Shown here: positions 26,018-34,697 of the stretch, piece by piece
Numbering within the stretch: the stretch's first letter is position 1
Layout of the letters: each line of letters begins with the position of its first letter
Assembly: GCA_965248445.1 (NCBI GenBank)
Contig: CBDFJG010000001.1
Location: 512,001 to 576,000, forward strand
DNA length: 64,000 nucleotides
Direction of reading: 5' to 3'
Source of the DNA: Planctomycetota bacterium
Lineage (GTDB): Bacteria > Planctomycetota > JAJSAM01 > JAJVHW01
The notes under the pieces: generated by a model
The model's input: only the letters and a program-made list of their open reading frames with translations
What the model was told of the DNA's origin: nothing
Databases searched by the model: none
Position numbers and translations under genes: made by a program

Positions 26018-29000
26018 CTAGCCGAGGGCCTCCCACGCCGCGATGATCTCGCGGTTCACGAAGATGTTCTCGAGGATCGGTGCGCGCCTCTCGTCAGAGA
26101 GTCCCGCAACCGACTCGTCCACGCTCTGCTTGGCGGCCTCGAGGTGGGCACGGTCACCGGTCGCGCGGTAGAGCCACAGCAGACACTCGCGCCGGGACAA
26201 CGGATCGAGCGCGTTGCCGTGCTCAGCGACGGCGGCCAGCGCAGCTCCGACGTGCTCGGGTGAGTGAGTCGCAAGACACGCCATCGCCTGAGCGGCGCAC
26301 CCCGATTCGCCGTGCTCTTCCGCGAGCGCGTGTAGCGAGAGGAGTGCCTGCGTCGCCTCGTCCGTGCGGCCGAGCCGCAGCAGTCGATCGCCGATGAGCA
26401 GTCGGCTGCAAGTATCGAGCTGCATGTTCCGGATGTCGGCCGCGATCGACTGCGCGTCGCGGGCGAGTTCGAGTGCCTCGGCGTCGTTGTCGACGAATCG
26501 TGCCAGGTTGTAGTTGGCAATCGCCTCGCCCCAGCGGCGATCGATCTCGCGACTGAGCTCGAGGTGGCGCGCGAACAGCTTGCGACCCTCCTCGACCCGG
26601 CCCTGCATCACGCAGATGATGCCCAGGTTCCCGGTAGCGCGGACCTCGCCCTCGCGGTTGCCGATCTCGCGGCTGATCGCGCGATCCCGTTCGACCAGCT
26701 CGCGTGCCTCGTCGTGGCGGCCCTGCGACCAGAGCAGTCCGCCCAGGTTTCCGGCAGCCGACGCCTCGCCGTAACGCTCTCCATGCCGGCGCGACGCTTC
26801 CATGCCCTCGCGCATCTTCCGTCGCGCCTCATCGATGCGTCCGAGCTTCTGCAGCGCGTTGCCGATGTTGCCCGTGATGACCGCGACGCCCGCGGCATCG
26901 CCCGTTCGCTCGCGCGCCGCGAGGGCGCGTTCATAGAGCTCCAGCACCTCCTCGTACTGCCCCACCAGGTAGAGCAGGTTTCCCAGGGAGCCGAGAGCTG
27001 CGGAACGCTGGAGGTCGTCATCGAGTCGTTCGGCGGCGTCGGCAGCAGCGCGAAGCCGTGCCTCGCTCTCCGGGTACTTCGCAACCGTCATCAACGCGCG
27101 GCCGAGAGATACCGAGGCCGTCGTCACGCGCTTCTCGTCGTCGCACTCCTCGGCGACCCTCAGCGCCTCACGCGCAGCCGCGATCTGCTCCTCGCGGTGA
27201 CCCAGCCGGTCCAGGAAGTCCACGTACTTCACCAGCAGATCCACTCGGAGTGATCCGCTCACCAGCCCCGGCGCGTCCAACGCACGCCGCGCCAGGTCCG
27301 CCGCGGCCGCGCCCTCGTAGGCAGCCTTCAGGTGGGACAGGGCGGCATCGAGGTGCTCGAGCGCGTCGGGGCCGCGCGCGGCCGCGAGGTAGTGACGGCA
27401 GATCTCCACGGCAGTGACACCGTCCACGTCGCTCGACCCGGCCTCTGCTGCGAGGGCATCGGCCAGCGCGCCGTGGTACTCCTGACGGATCGCCTCTGGT
27501 AGGCGGTCGTAGATCAGCTCCTGTAACGCGTGGTGGTCGAACACGAACCTCGGGCCGGACGCCCGGACGACGCTCTGCTCGCGCTCCATTCGTCCCAGTG
27601 CGCGCAGCGTCGCGAGCCGTGGCGCGCCGAGTGCTGCCGCCAGCAGCCGCCCGTCGAACTCGAAGCCTCGGCACGCGGCCAGTTCCAGCAGCTCCCGGTC
27701 CTCCGGAGACAAGGCCTCGAGGCGCAACTCGATGAGACTCTCGATCGTGCTGGGCGGCTTGATCTCGCGCACGATCGAGCGCGTGGCCCAGCCGCCGTCG
27801 TCGTCGCGGACGAGGACCTCCACGTCACGCAGGGACCGCACGATCTCGAGGAGGAAGAACGGGTTGCCGTCTGCCTTCGAGGCGATGCTCTCGGAGAGTC
27901 GCTCCGCACGCGCCGAGATCCCCAGAACGGGAGCGAGCAGCCCCGCGACGTCGTCGGGTCCCAACCGGTGCAGGGGCATGCGCGTGACGTGGTCCAGCCG
28001 CGCCACATTCGCGTACCACTCCTTGGACACGCCGGGACGCGCCGTCCCGACGAGGAGCAAACGATGTCCGGTCACCGCCATGGCGAGGCTCGCGAAGACC
28101 GACCGGCCCTCCGCGGGCGCGAAGTGCAGGTCGTCGATGAAGACGATCGTGGGCCGCTCAGCGGCCAGCGAGCGCGTAGCGTGCACGAACACGGTCTGCA
28201 GCGCCTGCTGCGACAGTCGCTCGGCGCCGTCCGGAGCGATCTCGCCTCGCAGCAACGCATCGAACGCGGGTGCCAGCGCAGGCACGTCGCGCAGATAACC
28301 CCGCGAACCGCGGTCGCCGAACTGTTGGCCGTAGGCATCGGAGAACGCGCCGAGAACCGTCGCGGCGCCGCCGGGCGGGAATGAACCGAACAGGAAGTTC
28401 ACGTCCTGCCCCGCGGCACCGAGCCGCCGCACGAATTCGTCCACGAGGCGCGACTTGCCGATCCCGGCCTCGCCTTCGATCAGGAGGACCCGCCCGTCTC
28501 CCGCGGCCGCCGGCTCGTACAGCGAGTTCAGCAATGTCAGCTCGTCCTCGCGCCCCACGCAGTCGGTCTCGCGCGGAATGCGAATGCGACGCAGCGGTCG
28601 GCGGGTCGACTCGGCGATTCGTGTGGCCTGATGCGACCACCACTGCGCCGCCTCGCCGTGTTCGAGGACGTCGGCGACGAGTGCTGCGCTCTCCGGGCGC
28701 TGCTCGGGCTGCTTCGCCAGCAGCATCAGCACGAGCTCCTCGAACAGCGGACTCAGTTGCGGATTGAGCTTGCCGGGCCGCCGCGGTCGCTCGTCCAGCA
28801 CGGCGCGCATGAGCCCCTCGAACGTCGGCGCACTGAACGGCGGCTCACCGGTCGCGAGGTCGTAGAGCATCGCTCCGAGCGCATAGAGGTCGGCCCGCTC
28901 GTCGAGATCTGCGGCGCCGCGAAACTGCTCGGGTGGCGAGAACGCAGCGGTGCCGATGAACATCCCGGTCATGGACAACCGGTCTTCGCCCGTCGCGTGC

Positions 29001-29482
29001 CGCGCCAGGCCCAGATCCATGACCTTCACCGACTGGTCCGACGTGATCAGGACGTTCGCGGGCTTGAGGTCACGGTGCACGATGCCTGCATCGTGGATGG
29101 CGCCGAGACCCTTCGCCACTTCGCACCCGATGTGGCGGCAGAGGTCTTCAGGAACGCGGCCGAGTTCCTTGCACAGATCCTCGACAGTCTGCCCCTCCAC
29201 GAACTCGAGCGCGACGAACGGCTGGCCGTCGATCTCGCCACCGTCGAGGGTGCGCACGACATTCGGGTGCATGATGCGCTTGCCGACGTCCACCTCGCGC
29301 AGGAAGCGGTCGCGGTACCCCTCCTTGGTCAGGAGATGTGCGTGCACGAGCTTGAGCGCCACCGTCGTGCCGGCAGCGACGCCGGCGACCGGCTCCTCGA
29401 CGGTCGCTGCGAACACACGGCCCATGCCGCCGGATCCGAGCTCCGACTGCACGCGATACGGGCCAATGCGAACGTCCTCCAC
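26018..29482 (-). CDS. Ser/Thr protein kinase - AAA/STAND-type ATPase - TPR protein
   Basis: LGSGGMG, HRDLKPAN, DLGLA; GEAGIGKS Walker A; FIDDLH Walker B; GNPFF; C-terminal TPRs. Confidence 0.92.
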   Translation of the reverse strand: MEDVRIGPYRVQSELGSGGMGRVFAATVEEPVAGVAAGTTVALKLVHAHLLTKEGYRDRFLREVDVGKRIMHPNVVRTLDGGEIDGQPFVALEFVEGQTVEDLCKELGRVPEDLCRHIGCEVAKGLGAIHDAGIVHRDLKPANVLITSDQSVKVMDLGLARHATGEDRLSMTGMFIGTAAFSPPEQFRGAADLDERADLYALGAMLYDLATGEPPFSAPTFEGLMRAVLDERPRRPGKLNPQLSPLFEELVLMLLAKQPEQRPESAALVADVLEHGEAAQWWSHQATRIAESTRRPLRRIRIPRETDCVGREDELTLLNSLYEPAAAGDGRVLLIEGEAGIGKSRLVDEFVRRLGAAGQDVNFLFGSFPPGGAATVLGAFSDAYGQQFGDRGSRGYLRDVPALAPAFDALLRGEIAPDGAERLSQQALQTVFVHATRSLAAERPTIVFIDDLHFAPAEGRSVFASLAMAVTGHRLLLVGTARPGVSKEWYANVARLDHVTRMPLHRLGPDDVAGLLAPVLGISARAERLSESIASKADGNPFFLLEIVRSLRDVEVLVRDDDGGWATRSIVREIKPPSTIESLIELRLEALSPEDRELLELAACRGFEFDGRLLAAALGAPRLATLRALGRMEREQSVVRASGPRFVFDHHALQELIYDRLPEAIRQEYHGALADALAAEAGSSDVDGVTAVEICRHYLAAARGPDALEHLDAALSHLKAAYEGAAAADLARRALDAPGLVSGSLRVDLLVKYVDFLDRLGHREEQIAAAREALRVAEECDDEKRVTTASVSLGRALMTVAKYPESEARLRAAADAAERLDDDLQRSAALGSLGNLLYLVGQYEEVLELYERALAARERTGDAAGVAVITGNIGNALQKLGRIDEARRKMREGMEASRRHGERYGEASAAGNLGGLLWSQGRHDEARELVERDRAISREIGNREGEVRATGNLGIICVMQGRVEEGRKLFARHLELSREIDRRWGEAIANYNLARFVDNDAEALELARDAQSIAADIRNMQLDTCSRLLIGDRLLRLGRTDEATQALLSLHALAEEHGESGCAAQAMACLATHSPEHVGAALAAVAEHGNALDPLSRRECLLWLYRATGDRAHLEAAKQSVDESVAGLSDERRAPILENIFVNREIIAAWEALG

Positions 29483-29646
29483 CTCTGAAAGGTAGCACCC
29501 GCAGGGTTGGCGGGCGATGGCCCGCCGCGACGACCGACGCATCCACAGTCTGAGCAGCGCCATGTCCCCCGCCTCGCGTCGGGGCAACCAGATCGAACCG
29601 GTTGCGTGGGGGCGCCCCGCTCCTCTCGGAACGGGACGCCCTGTCG

Positions 29647-30776
29647 TCAAGTGCCGCGTCCACGCGCGCCGATCAGACTCGTGACCTGATCGGTGAGGTC
29701 GCCCTGACCCAGAACGAACGTCGCGTTCGTACCGGCCAGGATCTCACCCATCAGTTCGAGCTCACGGATACGCGCGAGCACGGGATTCTGTGCGAGCAGA
29801 CGTGCGGTGTTGGCCTGTGAACGGGCCGCCGCCGTCTCCTCACGACGTGTGATGACGTTGGCCTCTGCCTCCTTCTGCGCCGTGATCACACGGTTCAGAA
29901 TGGTCTTCATGTCACCCGGGAGCACGATGTCGCGCAGACCGACCGCACGCACCGTGACGCCGAAACCGGCACCACGGGCGGCGAGGGTCTTCGCCACCTC
30001 CGCACCCACGGACTCCTTGTCCGCGAGCAGCGCGTCGATGTCCCGCGTGCCCACCGCTGCGCGCAGCACGAGCTGCGCTTCGCGGTAGAGCGTCTGCGAG
30101 GCATCGGCCACCTTCGTGACCGCGGCGACCGGATCGGTCACGCGGTAGGTCACGACGAGGTTCACGCGCAGGGTCACCTTGTCCCGGGTCATGATCTCCT
30201 GACCCGCGACGTCGAGGACCTGCTCACGTCGATCCACGGTGCAAACCGAGACGCGGCCCACGCCCGTCCAGCGCACGTAGCGTCCGGACTTCACGTGGTC
30301 CACGAGCTCACCGTCCCGGAACACGAGCAATTCGTGGCTCGGTTCGGTGGGGATCTCCTTCACGAGGCCTGCTGCCCCCCGCACTGCGAGGATTGCGTCG
30401 ATCTGATCGTGCACGAGGCGCAGCCCCGTGGCATCGATGCGCTCGACGCGCACTTCCGCAGGCGCCTTCCAGAACGCGTGGCGTCCCGGACCGAGCACCC
30501 ACGTCACACGACCGTCCTTCCAGACGATCGCGCGCTCGTAGTCGGCGAGGTCCACGACCTCGATGAGCTGGCGCACTGACGCGTACTGCACGAGCAGTTC
30601 GAGTCGCGGGTGCTCGAAGCGCGTCGCGGTGACGTCGTAGGTCTCTAGGCATCGCGCTCCGCACCCCAGAGCGCGCTGCGCACCCAGTGCTTGCCCGGCA
30701 GGAGCACGTCGATCAGATCGGCGCCGCGGAAGCGGAGACCGATCTGGTGCTGTGCGATTCGGACACGCTGATACAT
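29647..30776 (-). pseudogene. SPFH/band-7 (slipin-type) protein, frameshifted near 30650
   Basis: AGGAGG RBS and ATG at 30776 give MYQRVRIAQHQIGL...ERDA, then TAG at 30645-30647. The body (GQEIMTRDKVTLRVN, LRDIVLPGDMK, RREETAAARSQANTA) continues in another frame; one added base would join them. Confidence 0.85.
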
Positions 30777-31187
30777 GGTTCTGTCCTCCTGTCCGGCCTC
30801 TGTGAGGCGGGTCATCGGTGCGGTGTCCGGACCGTCCGGACAGCCGTGTCATTCGGTTGGGCGCCTCATTCGTTGGGGGCGTCAGTCTTCGTTGGCTTTC
30901 CGGGGCGGGCTCCGCCCGTCTCACCCCGCGCACCGCGGCGGATTCCGGGGGACACGCAGGCGGACGTGCTTCGCCCGGCGGGCGGGAGCCGCCTGTGTGG
31001 CGTACTCCGAACCCGCCGGGGTCCGCGATCCGGGTCTGCATGGCACCCTGGAGCACTGGCCGTGTGCACGGTGCGCTGCCACGCGACCCGTCCGGCGCGA
31101 ACGCCTTCTGAGACCTCGTGACCGCGCTGGAGAGACGTCTTCGCCTCGCCCCGGTCCGCCGGAATAGAGAGGGGTTTTGAAGCCCTC

Positions 31188-31260
31188 GTGTGGCAGCGGG
31201 AGTCGAACCCGCGACGTCCAAGGTGTCAGCCTGGTGCTCTAACCGTCTGAGCTATGCCGT
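31188..31260 (-). tRNA. tRNA-Val(GAC)-like RNA with degenerate acceptor stem and no CCA
   Basis: Intact D arm (GCTC/GAGC), CCAGG-CTGACAC-CTTGG anticodon arm and GCGGG-TTCGACT-CCCGC T arm; only GGCA/TGCC pair in the acceptor stem. Confidence 0.75.
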
Positions 31261-31336
31261 TGGTCGCGACGGTGGGAATCGAACCCACGACCTCCAGCTT
31301 GTGAGGCCGGCGCTCTTCCAGCTGAGCTACGTCGCA
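31261..31336 (-). tRNA. tRNA-Val(CAC)
   Basis: 76-nt cloverleaf: TGCGACG/CGTCGCG acceptor, CCGGC-CTCACAA-GCTGG anticodon arm, GTGGG-TTCGATT-CCCAC T arm, ACCA end. Confidence 0.9.
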
Positions 31337-31571
31337 ACGGTACGTCCGCCGGGCGGTTTCGATGCCGTGCACGGAACGCGCGTCGAGGAGTCCCCCACCG
31401 CGCCGCTGGCCCGGAACCGACAGCCGTTTCCTAGATGTGTTAGTGCCCGCGGCCTTGTGGCCGTTGCTGCGTCGCCGTCCTTCGTTCGCGGACTCGCTCA
31501 CCGCGCTACTCGGCCTAGGCCGCGGGCTGTTTCGTGCTTCTCGACTGCATCTGTCTCCCTTCGCGAATCGA

Positions 31572-31607
31572 GCGAGCCCCGGAGATCCTTGGACCTCCGG
31601 GGCTCGC
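31572..31607 (-). terminator. Strong hairpin (attenuator/terminator-like) upstream of the tRNA pair
   Basis: 13-bp perfect stem GCGAGCCCCGGAG/CTCCGGGGCTCGC; no clear U tract. Confidence 0.55.
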
Positions 31608-31638
31608 GGCTCCCCGTGCCGTTTGGGCGTTGGGGGAG

Positions 31639-31734
31639 TCACTCCGCTCGCAAGGGAGGGCCTTCCGTCGCGTACGACAAGCGCATAAAGCGCGCGCCGC
31701 ACCGTGGGACGATCAGTCGGTGTTCGTTGCTCAT
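31639..31734 (-). CDS. Putative 31-aa leader peptide MSNEHRLIVPRCGARFMRLSYATEGPPLRAE
   Basis: ATG...TGA ORF between an ECF-like promoter and the hairpin. Confidence 0.4.
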   Translation of the reverse strand: MSNEHRLIVPRCGARFMRLSYATEGPPLRAE

Positions 31735-31745
31735 GAGCAGGCTGG

Positions 31746-31770
31746 AACGCGAGGCACGCGCGAGAGGTTC
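31746..31770 (-). promoter_or_regulatory. Putative ECF sigma-factor promoter
   Basis: GAACC-N16-CGTT ending 11 nt before the leader ATG. Confidence 0.45.
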
Positions 31771-32010
31771 GGTGGAAACTTGAGAATCTCTGATCTACGC
31801 AACGCCGTGCTCCGTGCACGCAGCCGCGATGTCGCGATGCAGACGGTTGCGTTCGACCATCGTGTCGCGGACACACTCCGCCGGCTCTCCAGTCTCACGA
31901 CCGCCGATGCGCGCCCTATCACGTGACCGGCGTCACTTGGCCACTCCGCCGGTCGGTCTGCTAGAGTCGGCGCACACATCCCCGACGACCCCGAGCCCGA
32001 GGAGGCAGCG

Positions 32011-33999
32011 ATGAGCATCACATCGCACCACAAGGCGGCCTGGGTGACGGGGGCGTTCCGCGCTATCGGACGCTGTGTCGTCCTCGCGGGACTCGCCGCC
32101 GTCATCCCGATTGCGCTGGCGCAGGAGGACACTCCACCGCCTGGGGATCGGTCGGAACTGGCGGGGGACGGGCCAGGTCCGGTGGCGCCGGCACCTGACA
32201 AGGAAGCCGCGGCCGCGGGTGACGGCGTGTCGACCCCTCGCGAGCCGGGTGCGCAGAGCAACTCGAGCGCGACGGGTTGGGGCGGGGCGGTCGCGCAGAT
32301 CAGGTTCGTCGAAGGAGCTGTTGCGGACGCACCGCTCAAGCCGGCGGCCAAGCCGCGGCCGCAGAACGACTGGTTCGTCCAGCGTCTGAACGCGGGAGTT
32401 CCGGCGTCGCTCAACGCGTACACGACGTACCAGCCCGCTGTGGCTGCGATCACACGACACACGCTGGACCGGCTGATCAGTGTCGACCCTGACAGTCCGC
32501 CGCAGGTCGTCGGCTCCCTCGCGGTCTCGTGGGACGTGTCCGACAAGGGACGCACGTGCACGTATCGCCTGCGAAAGGGCGTGCAGTTCGCCGATGGTCG
32601 GCCGTTCACCTCCGCTGACGTCGTCTTCAGTTTCGACGCGCTGCGCGATCCGGCGGTGTCCGCGGAGCATCTGCGCTCGTCGTTCGAGAGAGTCGAGTCG
32701 GTGGAAGCGCCGGACGACCACACGGTCGTCGTGCGCTTCAAGAGCCGGCACTGGAAGGCGCCGTACATCGTCGGCCCCTCGCTCCCGGTGCTGCACAAGG
32801 CGTGGTACCAGGATCGCATCACGGAGTCCGCGAGCGCGGCCGGTTCGGAGGTCGCGCCGATCAACCCGGGCAAGCCGGGGTTCGCCGCCGCGTTCGCGTC
32901 GGTCAAGGAACCATGCCCCGGTACGGGTCCGTACTACCTCGCCGAACCCGGCCACGTCACGACTCACATCGTTCAGCTGACACCGAATCCGTTCAGCTGG
33001 CAGATGCAGGTGTTCCCGGCACGGAACAATTTCGAGGCGCTGCGCTGGGTCGATCTCCCGACCGAAGGCGACGCGTTCCACGCCTTCGTTCACGGGGAAC
33101 TGGACGTGTGGGTCGTCTCGCATGCCGCGTGGGAGCATCAACTGAGCCGCGATCCCCGCGTCTTCGTGTCAGGCAGCCACTACGTGTACGACCACATCGG
33201 AATCGACGCATCCGCCATCTTCTGGAACTGCCGTCAGCCACCGTTCGACGACGCGAACGTACGCAAGGCGATGACCCTGGCGACCGACCGCGAGACGATC
33301 CTGGACTCCGTCATGCAGGGTCACGGCGTGATCGCGTCGTGCAAATCCAAGCGCGCCTACCCGACGTACTCTCCCGAGATCGCGCCGCACCCCTTCGATC
33401 TCGACACCGCCGAAGTGCACCTCATCCGCGCGGGTTGGCTGCACGACACGGACAAGGACGGCATCTTGGACCGCGACGGAAAGCCGTTCACGTTCGAACT
33501 GACGTACCCCGCCGGCAGGGTCGAGTTCGACGGGATCGCAGACGAGCTCGAGCTGGCGTGCCGACAGCTGAACATCGAGATGCGCCGCAACCCGGTCACC
33601 TCGAAGGACTTCATCGAAGCGGTGCGGAACCGGCGGTTCCAGGCGATCGTCGGCTTCAGTTCATGGCCCGATCCGTGGATCGACCTGCACGGGCGCTACC
33701 ACCGGAGGCAGGACGTGCGGGGCGGGGGGAACCTCACGGGCTGGCACTCGAAGGAGATGGACAAGCTGCTCGAGGCGATGCAGGTGGAGCTCGACGAGGA
33801 CGTGCGCACCAAGCAGTTCCACGAGTTCAACCGGATCTTCCACGACGAGCAGCCGGAGACGCTCCTCGTCCACGGCAAGGTGGGCGTGCTGGTCGCCAAG
33901 CGCCTGCAGGGCATCAGCATCCGTCCCACCGGTCTGCAGTCGTTCGACCTATGGGTCCGGCCCGAGGACGTGCGGCACCGGAACGTGCAGCCGAAGTAG
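32011..33999 (+). CDS. ABC transporter substrate-binding protein, family 5 (peptide/nickel)
   Basis: Signal peptide; LAVSWDVS, LRKGVQFADGRPFTSADVVFS, GTGPY, VRKAMTLATDRE. Confidence 0.92.
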   Translation: MSITSHHKAAWVTGAFRAIGRCVVLAGLAAVIPIALAQEDTPPPGDRSELAGDGPGPVAPAPDKEAAAAGDGVSTPREPGAQSNSSATGWGGAVAQIRFVEGAVADAPLKPAAKPRPQNDWFVQRLNAGVPASLNAYTTYQPAVAAITRHTLDRLISVDPDSPPQVVGSLAVSWDVSDKGRTCTYRLRKGVQFADGRPFTSADVVFSFDALRDPAVSAEHLRSSFERVESVEAPDDHTVVVRFKSRHWKAPYIVGPSLPVLHKAWYQDRITESASAAGSEVAPINPGKPGFAAAFASVKEPCPGTGPYYLAEPGHVTTHIVQLTPNPFSWQMQVFPARNNFEALRWVDLPTEGDAFHAFVHGELDVWVVSHAAWEHQLSRDPRVFVSGSHYVYDHIGIDASAIFWNCRQPPFDDANVRKAMTLATDRETILDSVMQGHGVIASCKSKRAYPTYSPEIAPHPFDLDTAEVHLIRAGWLHDTDKDGILDRDGKPFTFELTYPAGRVEFDGIADELELACRQLNIEMRRNPVTSKDFIEAVRNRRFQAIVGFSSWPDPWIDLHGRYHRRQDVRGGGNLTGWHSKEMDKLLEAMQVELDEDVRTKQFHEFNRIFHDEQPETLLVHGKVGVLVAKRLQGISIRPTGLQSFDLWVRPEDVRHRNVQPK

Positions 34000-34001
34000 C
34001 G

Positions 34002-34697
34002 CTAGCCGCTCAGGAAGCGGCGGATCGCGGCCTGGCAGCCGGGCTCGCGGAGGACGCGGTGACCTGCGGGGAATGCCTCGAACGAGACTTCGAGTCCCTG
34101 GGCACGGAGCGCATCGGCACTCCTGCGCACGGCGTCGCCGGAGATGCTCTCGTCAGAGTCGCCGTGCACGCACAGGACGCGGAACTCCGGATGGTCGCGC
34201 ACAGCCGTCGCCGCAGGCTCCGCGAGGATCTCGTGCTTGATGCGGCCGCCCGCGACGACAAGGCGCCGGAAACTGTCCGGGTTGCGCACACCTGCAAAGC
34301 CTGCCAGGTAGCCGCCCTGTGAGAAGCCGAGCAGATCCACCCGGCCGGGGTCGATGTCGTCGTGCTCGAGGGCATGGTCGACGACGCGCAGAAGCCACTC
34401 CTCGGTCCGCGGGAGCCACGCGCGGAACTCCGGGTTGTCGCCGGTGTAGATGTACCACGCGTTGCCCTGGCGGATGCCGCTCGGGCGGCGCATCTCGAAC
34501 GGCAGCGGGCCCTGGGGAATCAGGAGCGTCGTGGCGGCCGGTGCGCACGCGCTGACCTCGTCGCGGAACGACTCCGGTGTCATGCCGAGGCCGTGGAGCG
34601 CGACCAACAGCGATCCGTCCGGATTTTCGGGCGTGCTGAGTAGCGCCGGTACGTCGAGGGCGTACGGCGTCGTGAACGTGCGCTCTCGGTCCGTCAC
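34002..34697 (-). CDS. Alpha/beta hydrolase (phospholipase/carboxylesterase family)
   Basis: LHGLG, GFSQGG nucleophile elbow, HGDSD, GH. Confidence 0.9.
   Translation of the reverse strand: MTDRERTFTTPYALDVPALLSTPENPDGSLLVALHGLGMTPESFRDEVSACAPAATTLLIPQGPLPFEMRRPSGIRQGNAWYIYTGDNPEFRAWLPRTEEWLLRVVDHALEHDDIDPGRVDLLGFSQGGYLAGFAGVRNPDSFRRLVVAGGRIKHEILAEPAATAVRDHPEFRVLCVHGDSDESISGDAVRRSADALRAQGLEVSFEAFPAGHRVLREPGCQAAIRRFLSG

Noticed and set aside
31165..31187. CTTCAAA loop resembling a tRNA-Sec anticodon arm
   Set aside because: No D arm, T arm or acceptor stem around it, and the loop size is wrong
30777..31221. N-terminal extension of the SPFH ORF to 524 aa
   Set aside because: It runs into the tRNA-like gene and is low complexity; the RBS-led start at 30776 in another frame fits better
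23484..31336. Integrative element between tRNA-Met and the Val tRNAs
   Set aside because: No integrase, no duplicated tRNA 3' end, and housekeeping queG lies inside
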